DNA of 64,000 bases from Octopus vulgaris (GCA_951406725.2 OX597821.1:17918001-17982000); one strand, 5' to 3'. Numbered from the stretch's first letter, positions 26,860-41,622 are shown. Numbers and translations are program-made. The notes: generated by a model not told the origin, from the sequence alone.

Positions 26860-27900
26860 TCATCACGCACTATGAGCTGAAAAAGAAGTGACCTCGTCTC
26901 ATACACCTTCTCTTCATAGATGATTTTAAATTGTTCGCAAAAACAGAGTCTGAAATAGAAAGGCTGGTTGAAAATATATAGACGTACAGCAAGGATATAG
27001 GGATGGAATCCGGTATCTCGAAGTGTGCGGAGTACAATTTGAAACGGGGGAAAAAGTAGATTGTAAGAGCATAGAATTGTCAAACGGAGAGAGAATGGAA
27101 GACTTGGATGATGATGGGTACATGTACCTTGAAATCCTGGAGATGGACAATATCTTGCACAGAGAAATGAAAGAGAACGTCATCACTGCATATTTCAAGC
27201 ACCTTAAACTTCTCTTGAAATAAAAATTCAACTCAGGGAACCTTGTACTGTCACCAACATATGGGCTGTTGCCGTAGTTCTCTACAGTGCACCCATCCTG
27301 AAATGGAAACGAGCGGAGATTAACCAACTCGATCACACAATCCAAAAGACCATGACAATGCATGGCGCCCTCCACTCTAAGGCGAACGTTCACAGGCTCT
27401 ACACGAAGAGATGTAAAGTTGGACGTGGGCTGACTAGCGTAAGGGATTGCATCAACATAGAAAGAAGAAACATAATAGAATACTTGGTAAAAAGCAAATA
27501 ATACCTGCTGCAGCAGGCTGTTAATGCAGAAGGATTGACCAAAAATGGACTTGAGAGTGCTAATCAGTTCCGAACACGAATAGCCGACAGAGAAGAAACT
27601 CTACCCTGCATGGAATTGCATGGTCAGTTCCATGTAATTAAAAGACTAGGAAACATCATGGAAGTACCTCAGCAAGGGTGACTTAAAAAGAAGACTGAAA
27701 GCCTAATCATCGCTGCGCAGTATCAGGCATTGAATACCAACTCAGTGAAAAGGGATATATACCACACAAGCGCACCGAACCTCTGCAGAATGTGTGGGAA
27801 GAGGGTCGAAAGCGTAACTCACATTGATAATGCTTGTGAAAATCTTGCGCAGAAACTGTATAAGCGCATACACGAACAGATGGCGCAAAACCTTTAATAT
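26860..27900 (+). mobile_element. Dong/R4-like RT and CCHC fragment
   Basis: SHLLFIDDFKLFAK, LHGQF, IIAAQYQALNT and CRMCGKRVESVTHIDNAC, with many disablements. Followed by (TAA)n. Confidence 0.75.
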
Positions 27901-27910
27901 TCTCCATCTT

Positions 27911-27975
<65 letters not shown>

Positions 27976-28896
27976 CAATAATGATGATGATGATGATGAT
28001 GACGACGACGACGACGACGACGACGACGATGATGATGATGATGATGATGATGATGGTGAAAAGAAGAAGAAGAAGAAGAAGAAGAAGAAGAAGAAGAGTA
28101 ATGAAATGAATATAAATTATCCTTTTTAGGAATAGCCAAACATTTTAGCGGAATTACGTTTCATATGTGTTAAGTTACTCCACCCTCCACTTATCACCTC
28201 ACTAACAGTATTTACATGATCATGATGGTGGTGGTGATGATGAAGATGATGAGGAGGATTTCTTTCACTTACCTCACATAAAGAGAGGCATCGCAAGGAA
28301 CTGTACGCATGCGCAAGGAACTGTACGCATATTTCATCCATTACACGTATTGTAAATAATAGGTGTGAGGTTATAACACTTGTGCAATCTACAGACACAT
28401 ATTTTGTGCGGTCAATTTTGCCAATCACCCATCTATTGACCAATTTAATAGGGGAGAACATTTCCTTCACCCTCATTTGCTAACTAGAACTTAGTCAATG
28501 AGGGTTTGATCGAAGTGGAAAATGTCTACCTTCAATATTTTCAGCCTCATTCCCTACACAAATTTCGCCATAGCCAACAGAGGATCAGCACCTGCCTCGC
28601 CTTGTTAAAGGCAGTGGTGATGCGGTATCCGGATTTCTCCAATATGTGACAAATATTTGGAAACTGACAAGCTTGCGATTTCCTATATTTTCAAAAATAA
28701 TTTCCTCTTGAATCTAAAGTTTTATTTTTAGCAGAAAAGAGTATTTTTTGCTTCCTCAAGGGTTAACTTCGTTTATTTGGAGAATAATAAGCCCGAGCAA
28801 TCACTTTTTATCTGTAAAAGGTTATAACCATTATCAACATTATTTGTATTTCGTCCTTATGTAGTGTTCACTTGGATCCTTGAGATCGATAAAAGA

Positions 28897-29045
<149 letters not shown>

Positions 29046-29063
29046 TCATCATCATCATCATCA

Positions 29064-29100
<37 letters not shown>

Positions 29101-29108
29101 CATTATTA

Positions 29109-29244
<136 letters not shown>

Positions 29245-30640
29245 CATCATTATTATTATTATTAATGAATGCTTCTGCGATCAGATACGTTTTCACTTTA
29301 CACGAAAGATTAAAGATATTTTATCAAGCACAACAGAAAGAGAATATTTGCTTTGGGGTAATATTCGGACAGAAGACCTTATGGAAGATGTACGCCCACC
29401 CTATACCGAGAAGACATAAGATTTAATCTCTGTGGACATATTATTTTCCTGTTCTTGTTGAAATTTAAACTCAAAATTTAAACGAAAAATGACCCTTCGA
29501 AAATATGAACAATTATTTAAATGCACAGGGAACAAATTATATAACCAATCGAAAAAGAACATATTTAATTTCACAGCTCGACTTGTGCATTGCACATGAA
29601 AAGTAAATGCTGTTACAGCTGTTAAAAAATGTCAGTATGAAAATTTTTATCGATAATATAAACGAAAACAATAACAGCAACATTACACACATTTAGCTAA
29701 AGCGAAGAAATCAAATCCATTTTAATGAGAGAATGTATTGTTTTGAGTTACACAAATGGAAGTATTATCAATTCTTTTGCGACAATTAGCAGTACTGGAG
29801 AGAAATGAAAGCCACTTTAGAGTTGAACCCAGAGGAGACGTCCGAAAATCACATGTGAAGAATGACATGGATAACGAGGCTCGAATCACATTGCAAAAAA
29901 GGAATGAAATGAAGCACCCGATGGAATGATATGAAAGCACGTGAAAAGAAAATCACGGGACAGAGAGCATTGGAAGACTCGTCAAAAGCCCATGTTCTAC
30001 AAGAAATACAAAAACACTATGGTGATGATGATGATGATGATGACGACGACGAAGATGATTGTGAAGAGCGTGATGATTGTTGTGGTGGCGACGGCGGCGG
30101 CGATTGTGTAGGTGATAGAATGTGCTTTTAAAGCACTTCTATTTCCGGCCACGTATTTATGTGAAATAGGATTTCCGATCGGCAAAACAAGAGAATTCTA
30201 CTTTCTCTCATTACATCAAATTTTAAAGGGTTTTGTGTCAAAATGAAGCAGCAGTGCAAATTGTCACTGACCTTTCTGACACTCCCCTCAAAAAATTACT
30301 TTCGTAATAATCACTTTATCAACATGGGAATATAAAAAAAGCCTTTAAGGACCCACACATTTTTAAGAACATTTGAGAACTATTAGTCTATAAATGAGTA
30401 CACGTGGGTATAATAACAGAACGGACTTAATTTCATCTTTATTTTTATCTCATCCGTTTCAGTGTCATCAGAAGCATGCATTCCCCTTCTTAGTAGAGAC
30501 ATCAAATTAGAAAATAAAAAAATTAAAAACGCAAGAAAAAAGAAAAGCAAAGAGTTGATATCTAAAGTAAATCTTTCAGAAATTATATAATTATAACAAT
30601 AAGGGTCTTTGCAACAAGTTGCTTGACCATATACCGAACA

Positions 30641-30819
30641 TTTTAGAAATAGCAGCCAGAGGACTGCTATTTCCTTTACTGCAAAAATATGTCTCCACAG
30701 ACAACAATATTTGTAACTCTTCTTTCTTTTGCCATATATGAGTTACAAATATTGTTGTCTGTGGAGACATATTTTTGTAGTAAAAGGAAATAGCAGTCCT
30801 CTGGCTGCTATTTCTAAAA
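30641..30819. repeat. Near-perfect hairpin, about 79-bp arms and 20-nt loop
   Basis: 30641-30719 is complementary to 30740-30819. Confidence 0.85.
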
Positions 30820-31226
30820 TTTTCGTGGGTGAACACTATTAGTGTTAGAATAACCTACTCCAAAATTATTACTAGAGAAAATGCTTTTATATTTACGATC
30901 ATATATATATTTGGCGAATGGTTCTACAAGAACCCATGTTGATAAAGTGATTATTACGAAAGTAATTTTTTGAGGGGAGTGTCAGAAAGGTCAGTGACAA
31001 TTTGCACTGCTGCTTCATTTTGACACAAAACCCTTTAAAATTTGATGTAATGAGAGAAAGTAGAATTCTCTTGTTTGTCTTAGCATCTTCTTTTAACAAA
31101 TTTAAACTGAATAATTTTTATAAAAATAAATTATATAATAATACCAATAATAAAAAAGATAAGACACTAATTAATTGTACATGTCGAGATAAAACTAAAT
31201 GCAAATTAAGTCAAGACCCTTATTGT

Positions 31227-31280
<54 letters not shown>

Positions 31281-31282
<2 letters not shown>

Positions 31283-31636
31283 TGTAAATGTAATATGTGA
31301 CAATCATTCGGTAGCCGTGATAAAATTCCGAGTTTCGGATGCCGAGGTAGAAATCCACGCCGCCATCTCTTCAGTTATCTGGCCACCGGAAAAATACTAT
31401 GAAAAATGACCATTATACAAAGGGAAATTACCGTATGATTGACCGTTATTAAGACAAAAAAGCTATTTGAATGACCGCTAAGTGAGGGGAGGGAGTAAAA
31501 GTTCATAGTATTCGCGTGAGCGTGCATGTTCATACCTATACATGCACGCTCGCACACCCACGAGCATGCGCCTAAAAGTATACACTCATCCACCCTTACT
31601 TTAAGCGTACACATCCTCACCCGCACCATTCGTCAA
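31281..31636 (-). repeat. Penelope-type terminal repeat, inverted partner of 34665-35033, with hammerhead motif at 31319-31379
   Basis: About 360-bp inverted match; ORFs 31375..31629 and 34607..34837 are near-identical. A third family member is at about 39985-40210. Confidence 0.75.
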
Positions 31637-31719
31637 ATATATATATGATCGTAAATATAAAAGCATTTTCTCTAGTAATAGTTTTGGAGTAGGTTATTCT
31701 AACACTAATAGTGTAGGTA

Positions 31720-32573
31720 ACATTATTTCTTCCTTTAACAAATTTAAACTGAATAATTTTTATAAAAATAAATTATATAATAATACCAATAATAAAAAAG
31801 ATAAGACACTAATTAATTGTACATGTCGAGATAAAACTAAATGCAAATTAAATGATAAATGTGATATTAACGATGTAGTGTATAAATGTATAGTTACATT
31901 ACATAATGAGAATAATTAGAATAATTATAATTCAAACGCGATATATATAGGGTCCACTTCCTCTAAAATAAAATTAAGAATCGCACAGCATATGCATTCA
32001 TTTAAAAATAAGAACTTAATTAACTCCACTGGACTTAGTAAGTACATTTGGGGACTTAAATCCCAAAATATTAATTATGTTTTATCATGGGAAATAATGT
32101 TCAAATGAGTTTAAGGAAATTTTATTTCATAAGCATGGTAATTTAGTGAATTCCTAGGATGAGCGCAAAATAAAATGCAGACACAAGTTACTTTACTTAT
32201 ATAATAAATTTCTTGATAAATAATGAATATTTCTTAGCCTTAATTAGCTCCTTATTTGTTGATTTATGTAATAGTATTGTAGATTAGTAAGATTAAATAT
32301 TTAGATTAAACTTAATGTTTACCTCTATTTTTGTATTAAGTATGAATATAGAAATTTATATACGTATTTATTTATATGATATATGTGTTTGTGTGTGTAT
32401 GCATATATGTGTATACGTTGATGTGCGTGTATATATATGTATATATATGTATATATATATACATTTATTTGTGTGTGTGTGTGTGGGTGTGTGTATATAA
32501 GTGTATGTGTATTTATTGAGTATTGTATGTATGTACATGTATGTATGTGTGTGCATGTGTGTATGTGTGTGTA

Positions 32574-32620
<47 letters not shown>

Positions 32621-34445
32621 ATATATATATATATATATATGTATATGTGCATGTATGTATATTTATATATATGTGTATACGTATGTATAGTTATACCGCA
32701 AATTTTGATAAGTATTTTATAGATTTTGGTTATGATCACTAATTTTAGCTTATAATTATAAGTGTATGGGAAAGACGTTGAGGGGTTACTATAATAAATT
32801 TTTTTTATATATTTATTAATCATATAAGATTTTTAGAGTATAATTAATAATTAGTGGTTTTTTATCATTTAAATTATTTAGTTTATTCTGTATTAACTAT
32901 TATTTATCATAGTTATTTTATTAATAAATCTTATAGTATAGAGTGATTTTATTCTTTATCTGTGACTTCATTCTATATACACTTTTAAAACCATTACTAT
33001 TCCCATTTACAATCTTCATTGATAAAGCGTATTTGTTCCTCACGCTTAATGAATTCTTCAACAATTTATTCTTTTTTTTTGCTAATAACGTAATTCCACG
33101 AGTATTCTTATAAACGCTGTAAAGACGTTTTCCGATTCAAAATTTTAGTTCATTGCTAAACCTCGCTAAGATAAGTATTTATTTATATTTAACATCTTTA
33201 AATTGTAAATTTTAGTATTTATAAGTCTTTGGTGTAATAATATTTTTCTTATGTAAATATTGTTGTTTATGTAATGATCTAATTATCGTAATTTTCTATA
33301 TTATTATTAGATATTAAATTTAAGTTTATTCGTAAGATATTACTTAGCGATAGATATGTTGTTTGATAGCAAGATTACAAGTTGTCTAAAGTTACATTTA
33401 TGTATATACATGTATTAATAGTATTAATTATAGTTTTAAATTTCTTATAATTAAAATTAGATAAACTTAGATATGTTTCGACCAAAGATTGGTCCAGGCC
33501 ATGTCTAACTTAATAGCATAACTTAGTTATTGTCTTTTTAAATTGATATTTGCCATTGATAAATATATCTATAGTATTTATAGTATTTATTCGATACTAT
33601 ATAACTACGAATTGATTATTTCTATAAGTATTTTAAATAAGATTTCCGAAAGTTCGTTTAAGTTTGTTTGTTTGTATTTTTGAATTTAGATATTTCATCT
33701 TTAAATATGAAATATTAATTCATTAGGTCTTTATTATATGTGCATATATATTTATTTATAGAGATTATTTTAGATCTTAATTATAATATTCATATACATT
33801 TATATATATCCATTGATAATTTTTTTATATATAATAGTCATTTTTTTATTTTTTATTTATGTAATTAGATATAGACTATTACTGACATTAGATTATCGGT
33901 GGGTTTCTTACCTTAAAAATTAAAATTAATATTAACATTATAATCGATTTTGATATAATCATAATTATTAAGTTTTAAGTTTCTAGTTTGATAATAGAGT
34001 TTATTATAAGTAAAATTATTATATTATTTATATCTAAAAATATTGTTTAAATATTTCTGATTATTTTTAAAATATTTCAATTAACCTGAAGATTGACTGT
34101 AACCATAACTCGATTTATTAACTGAATTTAAATTATTGTTATTCGAATTGGTACAGCCATGAAACGATCGTAGTGTTTTACTCTTTATCTTTTATTAAAA
34201 ATATAATACTTTTGATATTTATAAATAAATAAATAAATAAATAAATAAATTAATTAATTAATTAATAAACAAAATAATATATAGATATATATATATTTGT
34301 ATATATATATTTAAAAATTATAAGTTTAAATTATTTTAATAATTTTTTAATTTTTAACTTTTATATTTTTAAATTAATTTTATGTATTGGCTTATGTTTT
34401 TCACTGTTTGATTTGCCTAATAGTGGTTTTATCTCTAATTTAATA
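31720..34445 (+). mobile_element. 5'-truncated Penelope-like element: GIY-YIG remnant, very AT-rich 3' region, hammerhead-bearing terminus
   Basis: Hand translation from 31815: NCTCRDKTKCKLNDKCDINDVVYKC...IYIGSTSSKIKLRIAQHMHSFKN..STGLSKYIWGLK...CRHK (one stop, one deletion). The terminus 34380-34445 resembles 4225-4290 and 12485-12545. Confidence 0.75.
34083..34177 (+). ncRNA. Hammerhead motif with extended stem II
   Basis: CTGAAGA (34086), a roughly 65-nt hairpin closed by tgactgtaacca/tggtacagcca, then GAAACGATCGTA (34161). Confidence 0.6.
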
Positions 34446-34935
34446 TATGTGTATATATATATATACACACACAAACACCCCCCAACACACACACACAGAC
34501 GCACCATAAAGGTTCATACACACATCTATATACGCACAAGCACAAGAAAAAACAGGGCTAAGGGTAACAATGCAGAAACAAGGTGTAAGGGGGCTCGTAT
34601 ATAGATGTGTGTATAAACCTTTATAGTGTGTGTGGAGGAGGTGTATATATATATATATATATATGGCGAATGGTGCGGGTGAGGATGTGTATGCTTAAAG
34701 TGAGGGTGGATGAGTGTATACTTTTAGGCACATGCTTGTGGGTGTGTGAGCGCGCATGTGTAAGTATGAACATGCACGCCCACACGAATACTATGAACTT
34801 TTCCGCCCCCTTACTTTTACTCCCTCCCCTCACTTAGCGGTCATTCAAATAGCTCTTTTGTTTTAATAACAGTCAATCACACAGTAATTTCCCTTTGTAT
34901 AACGGTCATTTTTCATAGTATTTTTCCGGTGGCCA

Positions 34936-34996
34936 GATAACTGAAGAGATGGCGGCGTGGATTTGCACCTCGGCATCCGAAACTCGGAGTTTTATC
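34936..34996 (+). ncRNA. Type I hammerhead ribozyme motif
   Basis: gataa CTGAAGA gatg..catc c GAAAC tcgga GTT ttatc; stem I gataa/ttatc. Confidence 0.7.
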
Positions 34997-35098
34997 ATGG
35001 CTACCGAATAATTGTCACATATTACATTTACAGATAAATTCCTCTATTTACATAATATAGAGGTCTCTTTCTTTCTTTTGTTGTCTAACCATTTTTAT

Positions 35099-35151
<53 letters not shown>

Positions 35152-35299
35152 TGTATTTGTGTGGGTGTATAGTTTGGCTTAGTTAAAACTTGTTTGCGAT
35201 AATAAGTGTCGCGTGGTGGAAATAAACACTAATACATACGTATATGTTTTCCAGTTGAAGCACGGTGAATCATTTTGGAGACTTATTGTTTTAATAGCA

Positions 35300-36560
35300 A
35301 GTTTTGAAATATGGATAATCACATGAGAGACGCAGCACTTGAAGGAGAATGATTGTGCGAGGACCAACAGGAGGAAATAAGGGGCAAAAATCGCGCGAGG
35401 ATTAGACACAGAAGAAACGAAATAAGTCAAGAAGAGGGGGAACGTATCCTACGGGATAGGAAGGAAATAAACCAGCAAAGGATAGAACGATGAGCCAGGA
35501 CTAAAGAGAAGTGTATTTTCAAAATAAGAGAGATAGAAATCAACATAGTCAAGAGAAAAGGCAGCTGTACTTAGAAAATATGAGAAACAGAGTTCAAAAA
35601 AGAAGACAACATATGGACGAAGATGAAAGGCAGAATTACTTTCAAGATAAGAGAAACGTAGTTCAAGAAAGAAGGAAAAATATGGAAGAAGCTGAAACAC
35701 AGAATTATCTTATGATAGACAGAGCTCAAATAAGAAGACGGAATATAATAAAAGAACATCAAAATTCTCAATTTACAACTGGTGAGATGAACGTTTGCCC
35801 ACACTGTCATGCACGTAGATTTCTGTGGTAAGCTATTAATTGTTGCCATAATGGTAAGGTTTCCTTGCCGAATCTACAAGAATTTCCTGGCCAGTTAAAA
35901 CAACTTTTGGAGAATACCGACGTTGAAGGAATGAGCTTTAGGCAGAACATCAGAAACTATAATTCAATGCATTCATTCCCCTCTCTTGGAGCCAATATTA
36001 CATCATCCCCTGGTCGTGGCCCATACTGTTTCCGCTTGCAAGGACAAGTCTTTAATCATGCAAGCAACGTACATCCTGAAAACAATGAACCTAGAAGATA
36101 TGCTCAACTCTATATTGTTGAGTCCAAAGAAGCCTTACAAACAAGAGTTGAAGTTCCTGAAGATATTAATTGCTTGCAGTCAGTAATGGAAAAAACTTCT
36201 TCAGTCATGCTGAATAATCCTTATACTGCAGCATATTTAAATATGCGCACTGTTGAACAAGAAGAAAAAAAAGCAGCCGAGAAAATGTTAATCCTAAGAA
36301 AGTAACTATGCATTTCATATCAGGCCCAGATGCCAGGAGATACAATAACCCTGTTAATAATGAAATTGCAGCTGTATTTTTAGGTGAAGATGGTACACCT
36401 CCAGTTCATTGTGATATAGTTATATATCTACGAGGTGAATATCAACAAATATCATATCTCCCGCAGCATTCAGATCCTATGATTTATCCAATACTATTTC
36501 CCAATGGAGACCGTGGTTGGCACATAAATATGGAACATGTGCAACAGAGGCACGACTCCG
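35300..36560 (+). mobile_element. Helitron Rep/helicase N-terminal region, decayed
   Basis: CPHCHA..F..CCHNGKV.LP, FRQNIRNYNS, GPYCFRLQGQV, YAQLYI, NNPY, RRYNNP..NEIAAVF and DPMIYPILFPNGDRGWH, with stops. Confidence 0.88.
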
Positions 36561-36848
36561 AAAGGACGAAAAGTAAAGTCGACCTCGGCAGAATTTGAAC
36601 TCAGTACGTAAAGCCAGACAGTCATAATATGCAAAAATAGAAATAACACATAGATTTATGCAGTAGTGGTACGATAAAGCAGTTGTATAATGTCAACTTA
36701 ATGTGACGGTCCCACGAAGGGAATCATACTACTGCTATTTAGCCTGGGAAGAAGCAACGCTTCCTGTCGGCCTTGACACATTTCCTCATGTCCTCATGGT
36801 ACTTTATCGTACCACTACTGCATAAATCTCTCTGAGATATTTAGAAAG

Positions 36849-36890
<42 letters not shown>

Positions 36891-36894
36891 TGTT

Positions 36895-37422
36895 GTTGTT
36901 GACATCCTTTTTGTCTCGGGAGACAATGGAATTGCGCATAGATTTAATCTAGTCCGGCTTTTACATTTCATTTACTAATACATCTCCTGCTGTGGCTGTG
37001 TAGTCATATCCTGGACAAAGACTCCCTCTGGCAGGTGCTGCAAATGTAGCGAAGACTTTGCCTGACTCGTTGTAATGTCCTAGTTTCTTGTTGACGTATT
37101 TTCGTGTCTTTCCATTTCTCCTCTCTCCTTCTGTCACTCCTTTGTGTTCCCTCTTTTTCGGTACGTCGCCAATCCTCACGGTTGCTGGCAACTACTTCCC
37201 AGTTGCTAATATTGATGCCGCAGGCCTTCATGTCCATTTTTCCAAATATCCTTGTATCGTAAGACCGGTCTTCCCACAGACCTAGTGCCCCTAGCAAGCT
37301 CTCCATAGAGTATGTCCTTGGGGATTCTGCCATCTTCCATACGGCAAGCATGTAGCGACTTTGGCTTAGTTATCAGCCTCGAGAAGACCAACATCATGGA
37401 TCAGGCTACATCGGACATCCCA
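36895..37422 (-). mobile_element. RTE (BovB-like) LINE 3' fragment
   Basis: RMEDGRIPKDILYGELARGTRSVGRPVLRYKD...WE..A.NREDWR, with a (caa)n tail at about 36890. Confidence 0.8.
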
Positions 37423-37468
<46 letters not shown>

Positions 37469-37479
37469 GGGAGGGGGGG

Positions 37480-37557
37480 CAACTGTCTTCTAGTATAGTC
37501 TCGGGCCGACCAAAGCCTTGTGAGTGGATTTTGTAGGCAGAAACTGAAAGAAGCCCG

Positions 37558-37629
<72 letters not shown>

Positions 37630-37862
37630 ATGTGTGTGTGTGTGTGTATATGTTTGTGTGTCTGTGTGTGTCCCCCACAACATCGCCTGACAACCGATGC
37701 TGGGGTGCTTACGTCCCCGTAACTTAGCGGTTCGGCAAAAGAGAACGATAGAATAAGTACTAAGCTTACAAAGAATAAATCCTGGGTTGATTTACTCGAC
37801 TAAAGGTGGTGATACACCATGGCCACAGTCAAATAACTGAAATAAGTAAAGGAGTAAAAGAG
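37480..37862 (+). mobile_element. SINE family A, 5'-truncated
   Basis: Matches 18120-18488. Confidence 0.8.
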
Positions 37863-37864
37863 TG

Positions 37865-37928
<64 letters not shown>

Positions 37929-37929
<1 letters not shown>

Positions 37930-38698
37930 GAGATCTGATCAATAAGTATCCGGACTGTTACCATAATAACGATGCTAAAGCATGCAGGGTGAATCCGCTG
38001 GGCAAAAAGTGACCTTGAACTCTGCTGGACATGCACACTAAGATTTAACGTTCTAGCTCACTTCCGCTGTTTACAGCAGTACTTGGAAGTAACGTGTGTA
38101 GCGTGTGATCGTCGCATTGACCATGAATCTGCATCAAATTTAGCCAAAAGCTTGGAGATACCTGCTCAAAGGCCTACGCAAAGTTTCAGAAAGTGGAGAG
38201 GAGTGTATGAGCCGAAAAGATGTTTCTGGGAGACCCACAACCAGCAGAACTGAGAAAAACATCGCAGATGTGCGTGCAGCTGTGAGGGGAAATCGTCGAA
38301 TCACCATCCGTGAGTTATCAGAGGATGCGCAGATTAGTTACGGTTCAGTTCATTCCATTATCACTGAAGATTTGGGTATGAGACGCGAGTCTGCCAAGTT
38401 TGTGCAAAAATAGCTTTCAGCTGACCAAGAAGACACCCGGGTTTCAGTAGGCCTCTGAGCAGGTATCGAGGAGCTTTTGGCAAAAATCGATGCAGATTCT
38501 CTGCTCAGCTTTCATGGCCATGGTCAATGCGACGATCACACTTTACACACGTTTCTTCCAAGCGGAAGTGAGCTAGACTTTTAAAACTTAGCGCGCATGT
38601 GCAACATAGTTTAGGGTCAATCTGTACTAAGCGGCTTCACTCTACGTACTTTACCTTCGTTACTATGGCAACAGTCAAGATACTTATTGGTCAGGCCA

Positions 38699-38700
<2 letters not shown>
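37929..38700 (+). mobile_element. Internally deleted mariner with long (about 190 bp) inverted ends
   Basis: TA|cgagatctgatcaataagtatccggactgtt versus aacagtcaagatacttattggtcag. 37929-38125 is roughly complementary to 38520-38700. Remnant SGRPTTSRT...RRITIREL...ISYGSVHSII. Confidence 0.8.
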
Positions 38701-38761
<61 letters not shown>

Positions 38762-38765
38762 CACA

Positions 38766-39426
38766 ACAAAATTAGAGAATGGAGAAACATACTTAAATCA
38801 GTAAAAGATCAACTATCCGATGATACTCAATCCATACTTTAATACACCATTACATATGAGTAAAGGCAATATATAAAATGAAATGAGATATACAGTAATA
38901 GTAAAAGTAAAAAGATAAAGAGATATAAGTAAAAAATTTCAAATATAATATGCAAATAAATCAAAACTGACAGCTGTTTCGGCAGTGAGGACAGTCATAC
39001 CTCATTTAACCTATAAGCCATAAAGGCAGGTATAAATGAGGCATTAACAAGGATGCCCCACGGCCTCTTCAGAGAATTAAATTAAATTTGTTATAATAGT
39101 GAAAAATATTATATAATCATATACATATAAATATAAAAATATAAAAATGTAAAATATAAAAACTTATACATCATAATGCTACACTTATATAATATAATAC
39201 ACATTTGTACAAAAAGGAAGGTAAACAGAACAAAATAAAACAAAATATATAACAGTGTATATATTAATATTAATAAGTACCGATATTATACATATTTGGC
39301 TAATAGTTTTTTTTATAAAAAAAAAAAAAAAAAAAAGGGCTAACACATATGGAGATGAAAAATAATAATTAAATCCGTGGTACAGTTCATAAAATTCTAA
39401 AGCTATAAAAGTTAATAAAAATTACT

Positions 39427-39480
<54 letters not shown>

Positions 39481-39955
39481 TAAAAAATACTAAAAATAGA
39501 TACAGTTAAGTTAGCACCCTGCCTTTATGGCTTATAGGTTAAATGAGGTATGACTGTCCTCACTGCCGAAACAGCTGTCAGTTTTGATTTATTTGCATAT
39601 TATATTTGAAATTTTTTACTTATATCTCTTTATCTTTTTACTTTTACTATTACTGTATATCTCATTTCATTTTATATATTGCCTTTACTCATATGTAATG
39701 GTGTATTAAAGTATGGATTGAGTATCATCGGATAGTTGATGTTTTACTGATTTAAGTATGTTTCTCCATTCTCTAATTTTGTAGTATTAATTTACGGTAA
39801 TATTATTACCTTTACCCATTTAATACAATAGATGAACTGATTGCTTGACAATTTTTAACATCTATGTATTAATTTTGTTGGGTACCTATCTAGCAGTATA
39901 TTGGATATATATTATCCCATGGTGGGTTGAATTTTCAACCCCTATCTCATTTTAT
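38766..39955. repeat. Inverted Penelope-type terminal repeats (38766-39030 versus 39518-39782) with minus-strand hammerhead motif at 38965-39075
   Basis: About 265-bp near-perfect inverted arms. CTGAAGA ggc...gcc GAAAC agct GTC with a long stem II and weak stem I. A related copy lies at 47291-47730. Confidence 0.7.
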
Positions 39956-40208
39956 ATATATATATATATATATATTGGTAAACCGGTAAGATAACAAAAG
40001 AAAGAAAGAGACCTCAATATTATGTAAATAGAGGAAATTTATCTATAAAATAATATGTTACATTACTCGATAGTCAAGATAAAACTCTGAGTTTCAGATG
40101 CCGAAGTGGGAATCCACAACACCATCTCTTCGGTTATCTGGCTATTTCCCACTTCGGCATCTGAAACTCAGAGTTTTATCTTGACTATCGAGTAATGTAA
40201 CATATTAT

Positions 40209-40265
<57 letters not shown>

Positions 40266-40794
40266 GTATCTATGTCCTAGTGATTTGGTTGTTGTACTTA
40301 TGATCGCATTCCACAATAATATATCGTTCGTCTGTCTATCTGTGTGCTACAAAACCACTTGATCACAGTTCACTTGGGTCGACTTTGAAATATTCATCCA
40401 ACCAAGACTCTGACCCCTTTCTTTATATCACACCAGAAAGGGAATATGGAAATCACTATGCTTGAAATTTTTAATTTCCAAACAAATCCACGAACATGTA
40501 CACAAAATATAGTTCACCGGAAAGAATCATCACTGCCTTCGCCAATATCTGCGATTATATGCCAACTTCTCGGAATTCAGAAACTGAGGGAAATCATAAT
40601 AGTCTATCAAAACCAAAGCAAAGTAACTTCATACAGAAATGTCAGCCATCTACACACACACACACACACACACATTCTAGAATGACTTAGCTTTGATATC
40701 ACTAAGTCATATATTTCTTTCTCTAAAAAAGACACTACATTAATCCTCAAACAGTGCATTTAAGGTTATCCAGTCTTTCCTTAGACCCAGTCAA

Positions 40795-41186
40795 TCTATA
40801 TATATATAAAGCTGAAGTTGTCTGTGTGTAGCAGGTTTGGTAGCCTTCAACTAACACTATCTCCTCCGAGACCCTGCGACGTAAGTTGACCAAAATTGAG
40901 AGTATGATAGAAGAAGGCTTGCTCTTCATTCCGTAGAAGATAAAATTCAAATCGGACCATGTTAACACTAAAAATTATTTACATCAAAAAGGTACATTTT
41001 TTCTACGATAATCCCTATTTTTTACTATTTTTTCACTGCTGTGTCGCCGTTTTTCGGTGTATTTCAACCAGAAAAATGTTCACTTAAAGAGAATAACAAG
41101 CTACATAATGCGAACGTTTTACTCCTCAAAAATTCCAATTCTAAAGGGTCGAAACAAACCCGCGCAACGCCGGGCGATACTGCTAA
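40795..41186 (+). mobile_element. Non-autonomous Helitron
   Basis: A|TCtatatatatataaag at the 5' end; cccgcgcaacgccgggcgatactgCTAA|T at the 3' end. Confidence 0.75.
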
Positions 41187-41622
41187 TTTGTAATAAACCA
41201 CAAAGAATTCAAAACGGTGTACTTGATAAACATTACAGTTTGTGCAGAGATCTATTCCATAGACTGTCTACAGAACGAAACCAAAATTCTCAATTACAAA
41301 CCACTTTGCTATTGCAGAAAAGCCTATTCTTTGACGTCCCTGTCACGGCAAGCATCCACGCCTCTACAGACATCAGAAATCTAATACAACAGTATACTGA
41401 GAACCCCAGACCTAACCTACTTGATTAAAAAGAAAAACCGAAGCAATCACAGTAACACAGCAGCAAAATAATCAGCGGTATTAGCCTCAAACACAGTAGT
41501 AGAATACACAATGCCAATAATTTGTGAAGCAGTGCAGCGGCTATCACATTCGGACTGCATTCGCTTTGACTGCTTCTGTTGTAGACACTAACAAAACCAA
41601 CTGAATTAGAATGGGCAATAGA

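Noticed and set aside
28262-28335. Strong minus-strand donor (GAG|GTAAGT) as an extra exon
   Set aside because: No clear acceptor or meaningful reading frame; exons 2 and 3 already join in frame to give a normal juxtamembrane-to-TIR spacing.
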